Below, piece by piece: positions 27,371 through 40,447 of a DNA stretch of 64,000 nucleotides. The number at the start of each line of letters is the position of its first letter. Position 1 is the first letter of the stretch. A program made the position numbers and the translations under genes. The stretch comes from Octopus vulgaris (Eukaryota). Under the pieces are notes generated by a model. That model did not search any database. It was not told where the DNA came from and was given only the letters and a program-made list of their open reading frames with translations. The stretch is taken from NCBI GenBank assembly GCA_951406725.2, contig OX597827.1, positions 18,290,001-18,354,000 of the forward strand, read 5' to 3'.

Positions 27371-27739
27371 GAAGAGACACCGCATCTGTATAATAAAACA
27401 GACGAGATGGTCACGGCAGGAATATCTTTTGACTTGGGGCTAAACACAGCACAACAACAACAACAACAGCAGCAGCAGCAGAAGTAGAAGGAACAACAAC
27501 AACAATAACAACAACAGCAGAAACAGAGAGACAGCACATAAGATGTAAAGAGTCGGTTTAACTGCATTCTCTTCCTGTTCGATTGACCAGTTTCGGCAAG
27601 AAAGCAGACAGTTTGTCTAGATACGTCGCCATTGGAATATACAGCATTATTAGAGATCATAGCTGTGGGAATTGGTTGCTACCAACACCGAACTCACACC
27701 ATACCAGACCACGACACACGCACGCTCACACACTCACAC

Positions 27740-27783
<44 letters not shown>

Positions 27784-28056
27784 TAGTACGTATGTATATA
27801 CATACATATAAATGTACCAATATATATATATATATATATATGGTATGTATGTATAATTGTACTAGCACCCATACCATCTTTTATATTGTATAGGAGCACC
27901 ACAACACTACATATATGCATATACCAGCACTACGCTACGTCACTTCGTATTATGGCAATACGAAAGCCGCAACCAACACATTTATATCAACAATATTGCA
28001 TACCACCATACATATGTGTGTGTGTGCATGTGTATATATACATATATATGTATGTG

Positions 28057-28088
<32 letters not shown>

Positions 28089-28304
28089 TATATATATATA
28101 TATACACATATATATACACACATATATATATATATATAAATGTATGTTTGTATATATATATATATATATATAAATATATATGTAAATATATATATATATA
28201 TATATAAATGTATGTATGTATGTAGGTATGTAGGTATGTATGTATATAAATATATATATGTATATATATATATATATATATGCGTGTGTGTGTGTGTGTG
28301 TGTG

Positions 28305-28336
<32 letters not shown>

Positions 28337-28693
28337 TGTATGTATGTATGTATGTATGCATATATGAAAGGGAGAGGTGGGGAAGACAGGGCTGCGGGTT
28401 GCGGGTTGCGTGGTAGTGCATCCAAAGCGGAATCAAAAGTATTGAAAACAAGCAGTATGGAGCGATATAATAAATATTATTTAATTTAATTGAAACTGGA
28501 AGGTTTTTAGGGTCCACTTTTCCGAAGTGTAGAATGCGATTGGGTTAAAAATGAAGGCAGGGTGCAGCCTAACTGGGAATCGGTGGCTGATATCCGACTC
28601 TACTAGTTTCCGTTTCTTTGACGCTCGTCATTTTTATTTCATACTGTAACCGCTGAAAAAATTACAAATTATGATAAGATCCATTTCGGTGTC

Positions 28694-28925
28694 GTGGAGA
28701 CGCGTGGCTTAGTGGTGGAGGTGTTACACTCGTTAGCGTGAGATTGTGGTTTCGGTTCGTGGACCGGGCGATGAGTTGTGTTCTTGACCAAAACACTTCA
28801 TTTCACGTTGCTCCGGTTGCTCCGGTCCCACTCAGCAGGCAAAGTCGAGTAATCCTACGACAGATCGGCGACCCGTCCAGGGGGAATATATACGCCACAG
28901 AATACGGGAAATTGACCGTATGAAC
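28694..28925 (+). mobile_element. SINE family D (older tRNA-headed SINE), diverged
   Basis: Head GTGGCTTAGTGG and body CAAAACACTTCATTTCACGTTGCTCC shared with 51690. Confidence 0.7.
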
Positions 28926-28946
28926 ATACGGCTACGGACGGACTTT

Positions 28947-29299
28947 TGATCTTTTCGGTTTGAACGGCAGTTTTTAACATAATTCCTAGGCAACTAAAAA
29001 ATTTTAAACTTCGTATACTGGTAGAATGCGTTTATAAAACATCTTTTTCTCTTGGCTTTATTGAGAAAATTCTATAGTTTGTAAGATATTTGTTGGGTTT
29101 TTTAAGAAACACATTTAAGAAACACATTGGGTTTATTTACATTTGTGAAGAAAAAAAGATACCCTTCCCCCCACCCCTAACCCTAACCCTAACCCTAAAA
29201 CAGATTGAAATGCAATAGATCGATACTAGCGTCATAATTATGGGTGACAATTTCATATGACACCGCTAGAAAAAACTGCCGTTCAAACCGAGAGGATCC
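28947..29299 (+). mobile_element. GGATC-terminal telomeric-repeat MITE, internally deleted
   Basis: TIRs at both ends; 8-bp TSD CGGACTTT; internal CCCTAA repeats. Confidence 0.88.
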
Positions 29300-29497
29300 C
29301 GGACTTTTATTTCTTTGGACTCCAATACTGTACTCTGTTGATCATTTCTCTACTATGTTATTAGAGCTTGCTCATCGCGCCATACGTTTTTATATCCAGT
29401 TTTACTTTTTTTTTTTCTTACGTTTTGCTTAACTATTTGATGCAGCAATCTTCAGCCTTTTTTTTTTTTTTGCACCACGGACCGAAGGATCTCGTAG

Positions 29498-29860
29498 CTT
29501 CTTCTTCTTCTTCTTCTTCTTACAGCATTCACCCGTGGTGGGTTGAGCTGGCTTCATTCATCCCCAATGCTGCATCTCTCACAAACACCGACCAGGCCTG
29601 GCGATTTGAGACTAACGACCGCGTAATCTCCAACCACTCCTTATTCCAGCGGCGAACGCCGTAGATTATGGGGGCCTAGGTTGGGTTCCAGATCAGCCTT
29701 GACTGTCATCAGCCAGGTTTTTCATTGTCCACCACATCACTTTCGCTAACCCTGAAGGGGAGCTGGGGCAATTGCTTCGTAGATGAATTCTCCTGGCTGA
29801 CGACGGACGGCATGACCCAGCCAACGCAGACGTCTCGTTAGGATGACTTGTGGGAGGGAG
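29498..29860 (-). mobile_element. RTE-like LINE 3' end, copy 2
   Basis: Highly similar to 16979-17198, extends further 5', and has a (GAA)n tail. Confidence 0.8.
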
Positions 29861-29994
29861 GTGATTCTGCACTGGTGTCGCGCCGAATTGTTGGAAACAA
29901 AGTGATGCCATCGGACACGAAGGATGCGGCGTAGACAGAGGTGATCTCGTGGCTAGCAAAACACAACACAGTGCGTAGTATACAAGTCATTTAG

Positions 29995-30218
29995 AAGGGT
30001 AAAGTGTAAAGAGTAAAGACCCCCGCTTCAGTCACAAATGACCATGGGGTTGCACCTAGAAAGTCACCCTCCAAGACATATGTCCAGGCAAGCTTGTTTG
30101 TGGAAGACCAACAGTCACCCATGCATACCATCCTCCACTCTCCACGCCACCGATACATCGCAACTCATTTCTACAGCTGGGTGAACTGGAACAACGTGCA
30201 ATAAAGTGTCTTGCTCAA
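29995..30218 (-). mobile_element. SINE family D-related fragment
   Basis: Reverse complement is similar to 44450-44710 (TTGAGCAAGACACTTTATT...CAGCTGTAGAAATGAGTTGCGATG). Confidence 0.7.
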
Positions 30219-30349
30219 ACATCTTGTAGGCAATAGGAAAAAAAAAAATTCAGAATTCATTCTTTCTCTGTGGCTCGGTACGAATTGAACCACAGATCCG
30301 TGAATTAGGCACCCCTGATTTAGTGGATATTATCATTTTCTTAAAGGCC

Positions 30350-30560
30350 GGAGGTACAAGTGTTGTGTCGCCAACATATCTAATATCTGTTGAGAGAACC
30401 GGGACGGTCAGTGAGTCCTATTGTTGCACAACGTCCATTCCTCTGGAAATTGAGAAGGTAAAGGACTAGCTTTATTTCCTTATAAACACATCTACTTCAT
30501 AATCTTCGTTCTGTCCTGTATTGTACATCGGTCCAAAGACAACCCGATATACAACAGAGT
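30350..30560 (-). mobile_element. Highly decayed LINE RT fragment
   Basis: Translations FSISRG and IRYVGDTTLV resemble RT motifs FxIxRGVRQG and RYADDTVL. Confidence 0.4.
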
Positions 30561-31108
30561 GACGGAACAGATGTTACGATGTAGTGATATAAAATTAACC
30601 AAGCTCTATATTATTGAATAGTACTGTTACTTTCCTGTTTATTTCAGCGAAACTTATGCTTAGAAATGGTAATAGTTTCCTATAGGCGCAGGAGTAGCTG
30701 TGTGGTAAGTAGCTTGCTTACCAACCACAATACTTGATTACCGACTACAATACTTGGTGAAAATAAAAGAATTAAAACAAATCCGAATCCGAATAAATGT
30801 TTTACGCCTATATATATATATATATATTATAATAAGGGTTAGGCAAAATAATTTGCTTCACCACACACCGAACTTTAGAAATAGCAGCCAAAGAAACTAG
30901 CTATTTATTCTACTGTAAGAAACAACTCCCAGACAATATATACTCAAAAACGTATCACGTAGGCAGAGAAAGAAAATAACGAAATTCACCCGGCATTTAA
31001 TTAACTGCGTATACGTTTCGAAATTATATATATATATATACATCGGAGCAATCGCATAAATGTGAAACAAGGTGGAAAAAAGAGTTCTCAAATACCAGGG
31101 GTAGAGTA

Positions 31109-31293
31109 ATATGCTTTATTTAAAAGCAGCAGAAAATTCAACAAAACCTGTTACTCTGAGTTTCACGTTCCCGTTCGTCGGACAGTTTTTGCTAGAATTG
31201 CAGATTCTAGCAAAAACTGTCCGACGAGACAGGAACGTGAAACTCAGAGTAACAGGTTTTGTTGAATTTTCTGCTGCTTTAAATAAAGCATAT
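31109..31293. repeat. Near-perfect palindrome (~90-bp arms, 5-nt loop) with a hammerhead-like motif in each arm
   Basis: Arms 31109-31198 and 31204-31293; motif CTGT-CCGACGA-ACG-GGAA-CGT-GAAA-CTCAGAG-TA-ACAG at 31148-31185 (minus). Confidence 0.9.
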
Positions 31294-31310
31294 ATATATA
31301 ATATATATAT

Positions 31311-31381
<71 letters not shown>

Positions 31382-31816
31382 TACATATGTATATATATGT
31401 GTGTGTGTGTGTGTATGTATCTATGTATGTATGTTTATTTGTGCTTTACAAAGTCTATATCATGAGACGAATGGAGTCAAACGCTCTTACGTTCGGCACG
31501 TATAAGAATCATTGAAGCTGTTATTTATGAAACGCCAACGTTGTGGCGAGGTAAAGGCTGCGATTACGTTCATGCTGGTAGCATTATTTAATCAGCCAAT
31601 CAGTGCCGTTCACTTAATGTCTGTCGTTGATGGAGAGATTTGCTTTATAAATAAAGATAAACTATTTAATCCTTTAATTTCCAATATGCCGTTTCTGTGG
31701 GGTTTTTGATTGTGTGGTTTGATGGTGACGGTAATATCCTAATATCCTCTCGTTCACTTTTTTAGTTTCTTTCTCTATCACTCTCCCTCCTTTCTCTCTC
31801 ATTCACTATATATACA

Positions 31817-31924
<108 letters not shown>

Positions 31925-31933
31925 TAGATATAT

Positions 31934-32000
<67 letters not shown>

Positions 32001-32018
32001 AATATATATATAAATATT

Positions 32019-32054
<36 letters not shown>

Positions 32055-32064
32055 GATAAATATT

Positions 32065-32135
<71 letters not shown>

Positions 32136-32468
32136 GATGATGATATATACATATATATATAAATATTTATATATATATATATATATAGATATATATACAT
32201 ATATATATGTATATATGTATGTATATGTGTATATACATATATATATGTATATATGTATGTATATGTGTATATATATATATATTTATATATACACACACAT
32301 AAATATATTCATATGTGTACATATGTATATATGCATGCATATATATATATGTATATATGTGTATGCATATATTATTGTTATTATTGAAATGTTTAGTTCT
32401 ACGAATCAAAGGACCATTTAAACCGTAATCTATAAATATATAGTTATGCGTTGTGTGTGTGTGTGTGC

Positions 32469-32522
<54 letters not shown>

Positions 32523-32659
32523 ATGCTATAATATACTACATATTACAGACACAGGCACAGCGCTATTCACTTCGCAGACAGTGCGCGGGTTAGAAAGTAA
32601 GCGACTTTCGCTGCAGCCTCGGTTTGGCAATTTGTTGAGTGAAATTTATTATACGGGAA

Positions 32660-33470
32660 CATGCGCGTGTATGTGTGTACATGTATGTGTGTGCGTGTAT
32701 GTATATGTGTGTTTGTGTGGTGTGTATGTTTTTTGTGTGGTCGCGTGTGTACGTGTACATGTGTGTATGTGTGTGTGTATGTGTTTGTGTGTACATGTGT
32801 GCATGTGTATGCATATCTGTGCGCATATGTGTATTTATCTGTGCGTGTATGTGTGTTTGTGTGATGTGTATGCTTTTGTGTGTTCGCGTGTGTGCGTGTA
32901 CATGTGTGCATGTGCGTGTGTGTGTTTGTGTGTGCATGTGCGTGTGTGTGTTTGTGTGTGCATGTGCGTGTGTGTGTTTGTGTGTGCATGTGCGTGTGTG
33001 CATGTGCGTGTGTGCATGTGCGTGTGTGTGTTTGTGTGTGCATGTGTATGTATATATGTGCGCATATGTGTATTTATCTGTGTGTGTATGCGTATGTGTG
33101 TTTTTGTGGTGTGTATGTTTTTGTGTGTGCGTGTACATGTGCGTATGTGCGTGTATATCTGTGCGTATATGTGTATTTATCTGTGTGTGTATGAGTATGT
33201 GTGTTTGTGTGATGTGTATGTTTTTGTGTGTTCGCGTGTGTGCGTGTACATGTGTGCATGTGCGTGTGTGTGTTTGTGTGTGCATGTGTGTGTATATCTG
33301 TGCGCATATATGTATTTATCTGTGTGTGTATGTGTATGTTTTTGTGTGTTCGCGTGTGTGCGTGTACATGTGTGTATGTGCGTGTGTGTGTGTTTGTGTG
33401 TGCATGTATATGTATACCTGTGCGCACATGTGTATTTATCTGTGTGTATGTGTGTATGTATGCATGTGTA
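32660..33470. repeat. (TG)-derived minisatellite with a higher-order unit of roughly 120 bp
   Basis: Landmarks GTGTATTTATCTGTG and GTTCGCGTGTGTGCGTGTACATG recur. Confidence 0.8.
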
Positions 33471-33832
33471 CCAACATTCATCATACATACTTTCATACAA
33501 ACACATATGAAAAGCGAAAGTGAAAGTAGAATGAGCTCAGTATTAAGAAGACAGAGTAGCGTTCAAATGGATGAACTTATTCATTCAAGGCCAGCGCCTC
33601 GGCATTGAAAGTTAGCTACAAGGAAATCGTAAGGAAAATAAGCACAGGTTTGAGACATATTTACATGGTGCACAAAGTACAGATAATAGAATAAAGAAAA
33701 ATATTATGTAATGTCATATCTCAAGATATCTACCTCACCTGTCCACGATTTTCAGGTGTTTTAACACCCCGACACTTTGAGAGAGTATTCTCCACAACGC
33801 CATATCACAGCCTATCGGCAAATTCGGTTGTT

Positions 33833-34430
33833 GGATCTTTTCCTTTTGAACGGCAGATGTCAACACAACTTCTAGGTAACTAAACACTTTTAAACTTCGT
33901 ATACTGGTAGAATGTGTTTATAAAACATCATTTTCTCTTGGTTTTATTGAGAAAATTGTATAGTTTGTAAGATATTTCGTCTGAAAATCCGAGCATTTCG
34001 GCAATTTTAACCAATCGATTACCTCCATTCAACTAAAATCATTTGCTGCGTCTAAAACTGAGACAACATCCTGTAACTAACCCTAAACCTCCCCCCTAAC
34101 CCTAACCCTAACCCTAATTTTTTTCTTAATTGTTAAATTAATTTAATTCCATTGCTTTAGTTTTTTTACACACGTAACAATTAAATTAATTTAACAATTA
34201 AGAAAAAAATTAGGTTAGGGTTAGAGGTTTAGGGTTAGTTACAGGATGTTGTCTCAGTTTTAGACGCAGAAAATGATTTTAGCTCAAAAGAGAGCATAGG
34301 ATTGGTTAAAATTCGAAAAATTAAACTACGTTAAACAAACAAATTACAATTTTCTCAAGAAAGCCAAGAGAAAAAAATGTTTTATTTTGACACATTCTAC
34401 CAGTATACGAAGTTTTAAAGTGTTTAGTTA
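33833..34430. mobile_element. Foldback relative of the GGATC MITE family with telomeric repeats in both arms
   Basis: Left TIR GGATCTTTTCC..GAACGGCAG; ~33878-34148 is inverted at ~34179-34430; CCCTAA runs on the left and TTAGGG runs on the right. Confidence 0.85.
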
Positions 34431-34437
34431 AATCTAA

Positions 34438-34497
<60 letters not shown>

Positions 34498-34638
34498 TTA
34501 TTCATGTAGCTATCGATATCTATCTTTCTTTCATATTTATCTATCTATCTATCTATTTTTCTATCTGTCAGAATGTATGTATCTCTCTTTGTCTATTTGT
34601 CTCTCTATGCATCTACCTGTCACTCTATCAATGTGATA

Positions 34639-34679
<41 letters not shown>

Positions 34680-35133
34680 GCCTTCCTGTCTGCCTACCTA
34701 CCTACCTACCTACCTACCTACCTACCTACATACATACATACATACATACATACATACATACATACATACATACCAATCGTTCTATCTATGTCGTGTATCT
34801 ATCAATCCATCTCTCTGCATGTCAATCTACCTCTGTACAGGTTTGTGTTTGTGTTTGTGTCTGTGTGTGTATATGTATGTGTACATACACGTGTGCGTGC
34901 GTGTGTGTGTGTGTGTGTGTGTGTAAGAATATATGTATGTGTGCGTATGTATGAATGTGCTTTTGTGTGTGTGTGTGTATCTACGTGTATATGTTCTGGT
35001 GTGTGGGAGGGTATGGGTGAACAGGTATGCCCGTATACCTACACGTATGTGTATACCTTAGATGAAACCCAGTAGGGGTATGTACCCACACACCTAAACG
35101 TTCGCTTTAACTTCCATCACGCTATCAGATAAG

Positions 35134-35187
<54 letters not shown>

Positions 35188-35610
35188 CATCACACTACCG
35201 GCAGCAGCACCACCATCACCAACACGACCACCTTGTACCAATGCCCATACCCGATTCTCTATACCCTCCCCACCACCACTACCTCCACCACACAACCACC
35301 ACATGATATCGCCATCACCACCATCAACACCATCATCACCAACCACATCGCCTCCTACATCACTGCCACCACCGACACCCACCACCAACACCCGCCACGA
35401 CCACCACCCCTTACAATTCAACCACATCACCGCGCCGCCGCCACCGCCACCGTCGCCTCCGCCCCCGCTACCTTCATGGACACACTAACCAGGGGTGTCT
35501 GTTGGCCACAAACGAATATGATATCGGAATACTTCGAATTCTTCCTATGTCTAGGTAACACTGTATGTGTGTGTGTGCGCGTCCGCGCGCGAGTGTGTAT
35601 GTATGAGTGG

Positions 35611-35671
<61 letters not shown>

Positions 35672-35674
35672 TAA

Positions 35675-35705
<31 letters not shown>

Positions 35706-35761
35706 TACATACATACATATACATATATGCATACCTATATACATATACAAATATACATATA

Positions 35762-35795
<34 letters not shown>

Positions 35796-35926
35796 CATAC
35801 ATAAATATACATATATGCATATATGTTTGCGCGCGTGTGTAGGTGATTATAGATGTGTGTATGCATTTATACAGATAGATAGATAGATAGATAGATATAT
35901 TATATATATGTATGCATATGTGTGTA

Positions 35927-35959
<33 letters not shown>

Positions 35960-36387
35960 ATATATACATTCATTTATACATACATGCATGCATACATACA
36001 TGCATACATACATACACACATACATACATACATACATACATACATGCATACATGCTAAAACACACGCACGCTCATATACACTGTTGGAGGTGATTCGCAC
36101 AATTGCATAACCCTGATTTTCAAAATATTTGCAATTAACCGAATTAGTTTTCATTCATATGGCACCGATAAGTTTTCTCCATCTCTCACGATTTTTGCCA
36201 AGGAATTGCAGTTGTCCTGAGGTGTGGCCGCATGCAAATGCTTCAGTTTTTATGGACTTCGTACATGTTATTTTCGGTTCGCCACGCTTTGGTCGGGCCA
36301 CATGTTGCACATCCGAAGCCAAAAATCAGAAGAGTGCATGCAGCCAATAATGGTCAGTTTCACAATCAGGGAAGATAAAAGAGAAGT

Positions 36388-36577
36388 TGTGAGTCAGTCC
36401 GTTTCACATACCGAGGAAGCATCGTCCATATTGAGGGCTGCACAGATTAAGACATAAAAAATAAGGTATTGAGAAAATCGTGATGTGAGTCAGTCTGTTT
36501 CACACACCGAGGAAGCATCGTCCATATTGAGGGCTGCACAGATTAAGACATAAAAAAATCAAGTATTGAAAAAATCG
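36388..36577. repeat. ~97-bp tandem duplication
   Basis: TGTGAGTCAGTC.GTTTCACA.ACCGAGGAAGCATCGTCCATATTGAGGGCTGCACAGATTAAGACAT occurs twice. Confidence 0.9.
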
Positions 36578-36604
36578 TAGCTGTCTTCAGGATGCTCAAA
36601 CTTG

Positions 36605-36790
36605 CCTGGATATCACAGACCATGTCGGAAAATACAAAAGTCAGTATCTTTAACACGAACGTGGAGACGGTTCTGCTGTGCACCTGAGAAACTAAGGTGA
36701 GTCAGTAATTTCCCCATCAATAAAATTCCTAGCTTTTGTGCAAATAGATGTAGCCCGAACAACCTTCGGGTGAGATGGCAAGACACACTC
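36605..36790 (+). mobile_element. RTE-like LINE fragment, decayed
   Basis: TKVSIFNTNVETVLLCT*ET resembles TKLRIFNTNVKSVLLYGSETW. Confidence 0.6.
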
Positions 36791-36989
36791 CACAGAAACT
36801 CGTTTCCAACATTACAACATGAACATCCAAAGCGAGTTGGAAGTGAATTTGCATTGCTGGGGGTAACTTACAAGATTTCAACATATATATATATATAATA
36901 TTAATTCGAGACAAAACCACTATTTTGCAAAACAAACAAGGAAAGACTTAATCAATACATAAAAATTTTTAATATAAAGAAATAAACCG

Positions 36990-37032
36990 CCACTACAATC
37001 GTTTCATGTCTTCAATGACATTCGTCAGGTGG
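36990..37032 (-). ncRNA. Minimal type I hammerhead ribozyme with canonical core
   Basis: Minus strand CCAC-CTGACGA-ATGTC-ATTGAA-GACAT-GAAA-CGATTG-TA-GTGG: 4-bp stem I, 5-bp stem II, short near-palindromic stem III, GUA cleavage triplet. Confidence 0.8.
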
Positions 37033-37549
37033 ATTTTCGATCTAAAATATCAATATATTAAAATATAAGTTTTAAATAATAAAATTATCAATGAAAAATA
37101 TAAATATATATAATCTATATATAATCTATATATAATCTATATATAATCAATATATAATCTAAAATAAACCCTATAAACAATTGAATATAAAGAAACCTAT
37201 TATTAAAATTCTCATATTTAAAGATGTACAAAAAACAAAAAACAAAAAACAAAAAAAAACAAAAACAAAAAACAAAAAAACAAAAAACAAAAAACAAAAA
37301 ACAAAAACAAAAACAAAAACAAAATAAAATAAACTATATATACACACATGCTCATACACATATAACTAAATATATATAACCATATCTAAATACATACACT
37401 AACTCACACACCAATATATATATCTCTATACATACACATAAAAACGTCTAGGCAACGATAAATGAATAAATTAATAAAATAGCCAAATACTTCAACACAT
37501 TACTTATTCAAACTCCCTCACACACACATACAACCCACAGTCATAAACA

Positions 37550-38113
37550 ATATACATATACCCGCTCACACATTCATATACATACATACAGAACTCGATA
37601 TATACACCAATATATTCACACCCACACCCATACAGATAAATAAATTACGCAAACAATCACACACACACACACACATTCACACATACATAAACACTCAAAA
37701 GAAAAATAAACAATTCTTTGCGCGTGGTGATCGAACGTTTTTTTAAAAATTATGAATGGAAAGAATGGAATAATATTTAATCAACGTAAATATACAGAAT
37801 TTACTCCAAAATCATTAATAAACCAATCATGATAATAAAATCCATATATACATATAATGATAAAACACCCTTTACCATACACAATAATACCTATATAGCA
37901 ATCCCCATAATACATTCACACACAAAAATACACATACGTAAAACACACACCCATAACATATACATATACCCCCTCACATATACATATACATACGTACTAA
38001 ACTCGATATATACAACAATATATTCACACCCACACCCATATATATAAATAAATTACACAACCAAATACGCACACACACACACATTCACACATACATAAAC
38101 ACTCAAAAGAAAA
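37550..38113. repeat. Imperfect ~155-bp direct repeat in an A/C-skewed region
   Basis: ~37550-37705 matches ~37959-38113 (ACTCGATATATACA.CAATATATTCACACCCACACCCATA...CACTCAAAAGAAAA). Confidence 0.8.
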
Positions 38114-38206
38114 ACAACATATCTACACATAATACGATATATAAAATACTCCATAAGTAACCAGATTATCATAAGTAACAAGATTAACATAAGGAGAAAA
38201 AAAGTT

Positions 38207-38499
38207 ACACTGCGACATAATTTCTTTTCCTCAACAGGCCCTGCCCTATTTAACATTGTCCCGAAAGAGATCAAAGAGGAAAAGGATCCCATCAACTTTA
38301 AACGGAGTCTGGATAGATTCCTTCAAGAATACCAGATAAGGCACTCATAATTGGATACAACTCACCCACTACTTGAATGGACTATAAACAAAACTTGACT
38401 TAAACAGGATTTAGATAATCCTATCAGGTGGTGCTATTAATTTAGACATGGCCTGGACCAATCTTTGGTCGAAACATATCTAAGTTTTATCTAAGTTTT
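38207..38499 (+). mobile_element. CR1/L2-group LINE 3' end
   Basis: Translates to LRHNFFSSTGPALFNIVPKEIKEEKDPINFKRSLDRFLQ; tail (ATCTAAGTTTT)2; homologous to 49310-49838. Confidence 0.8.
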
Positions 38500-38694
38500 A
38501 TATATATATATATATATACACACACAATAGAGAGCAGTCGCCCTTCTTTATTCCATAACGGCTACCTCTGATAAACACAGGGTTACAGAATTAGACTGCT
38601 ATCTAACACTCCGTCGAACCCCAAGTGCGAAACCGTTCAGTAAGATCGGCCATAATGAATTCGATTAATACACACACACACACACATTTATATA

Positions 38695-38928
38695 CAGAGT
38701 TGGCCAAAAGTTACCTGACAGTAAATCAAAACCATTTAATTCCAAGATTTATTTATATTCAACAACTGAACGAATTTAATAAAAGCGTCTAAATATGAAA
38801 CATCATGAAAATTGTTCAAACTGAAGTCCTTCTTGAGCGACACAGTTTTTCCATTTGAGTAAATACAGAATTACAGATAGTAATTACGAAATTTCGATTT
38901 ACTGTCGGGTGACTTTTGGCCAACCCTG
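38695..38928. mobile_element. Tc1/mariner-type MITE (234 bp)
   Basis: ~32-bp TIRs CAGAGTTGGCCAAAAGTTACCTGACAGTAAAT / ATTTACTGTCGGGTGACTTTTGGCCAACCCTG, with TA on both sides. Confidence 0.9.
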
Positions 38929-38983
38929 TATATAATGATTTCGGCTGTGTGCTGGCAGAGTCATTAGCACGTGGGGCAAAATA

Positions 38984-39215
38984 CCTATTCCTTTACTACC
39001 CACAAGGGGCTAAACACAGAGGGGACAAACAAAGACAGACAAACGGATTAAGTCGATTACATCGACCCCAGTGCGTAACTGGTACTTATTTAATCGACCC
39101 CGAAAGGATGAAAGGCAAAGTCGACCTCGGCGGAATTTGAACTCAGAACGTAACGGCAGACGAAATACTGCTAAGCATTTCGCCCGGCGTGCTAACGTTT
39201 CTGCAATCTCGCTCG
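38984..39215 (-). mobile_element. SINE family C, apparently nested in an older plus-strand relative (~38945-39405)
   Basis: Family C reverse complement; CGTGGGGCAAAATACC is duplicated on both sides. Confidence 0.85.
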
Positions 39216-39553
39216 TGGGGCAAAATACCGGTATTTCTTCCGTCCTTATGTATTGAGTTCAAATTCTGTCGAGGTTGACTTTGCTTTTCATCCTTTCGGA
39301 TTCAATTTATATAAGTACCAGTCGAGCACCGGGGGGGGGGGGCTGATGTAATCGACTTACCCCCGGCCCCGACATTGCTGGCCTTGTGTCAAAGTTTGAA
39401 ACCAATACATAAATAACGATTCTTCCCGCTCGCGGCCTTCACCACCCTAAATGATATTTTCTAAACTAGTAACAATGCAATTTTGGCGGGAGGGAAATTT
39501 CACTTAAAAATGGTACTTTATTATATATTATATATATATATGGTACTTTATTA

Positions 39554-39867
39554 TGTGGAGGCGCAATGGCCCGATGGTTAGGGCAGCGGACTCGCGGTCA
39601 TAGGATCGTGGCTTCGATTCCCAGATCGGGCGTTGTGAGTGTTTATTGAGCGAAAACACGTAAAAGTTTCACGAGGCTCCGGCAGGGGGTGGTGGCGATC
39701 CCTACTGTACTCTTTCGCCACAACTTTCTCTCACTCTTTCTTCTGTTGACCTGCTCGCTTAGCCAGCGGGGTGGCGTCATTTGAAGGCTAAAAACAATGC
39801 AAAGCGCATTGTGACCAGCGATGTATAGCAACATCTGATAGTCTGGTCGGTGACGTGATCATGTGAT
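39554..39867 (+). mobile_element. SINE family A, tail type 3
   Basis: Family A head and body; tail GCGGGGTGGCGTCATTTGAAGGC...GTGATC. Confidence 0.88.
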
Positions 39868-40447
39868 TATATATTATATATGGTACTTCCGTTCAACCTC
39901 CGGAAAGAATGGAAGACAAAGCTTATCACAGAAAATTAGTTTTCAGTTTGGAAAACAAAAAACCGGGATAAATTCTATGACATAAGCATGTTGCTCGATG
40001 CTCCACCGATTTTACCAACCAACCAACCAACCAACCAGACTGAAAACTGTCACCAGTGACAAAATGGCGTCGATTCAACAATTGATTCAAGACTGTCTTT
40101 TTTACAAGTTTTATTCACAATGAAGATTTAGTTATTGAATAATGCTATTACACAATAAATATAAAATAAGATAAAATTACACTGGAATCTGAACTGTGAT
40201 AATCTTTAATTGGTTGACTTGGTAAGAGTAATTTGAAGACATCTGACACGTTAGTCATTGGTTGTTTGTAAACATGAACTACAGACGGCTGTCGTTTTAA
40301 CTCATCGTTGAAAACGGAATCCTCCCGAATAGCTATTTTGATACAAAATCAATTCAGATACTTGAAAGCCTCATTGTAGGTGAAATACAAATGTAAATAG
40401 ATTCTTTTTGTGCTCCTAAAGTGCAGAATATCAGGAAAAGAGTTTCT

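Noticed and set aside
34075-34240. Ancient telomere-telomere fusion site
   Set aside because: The orientation is CCCTAA then TTAGGG, the opposite of a fusion; the tracts are short and inside a transposon foldback.
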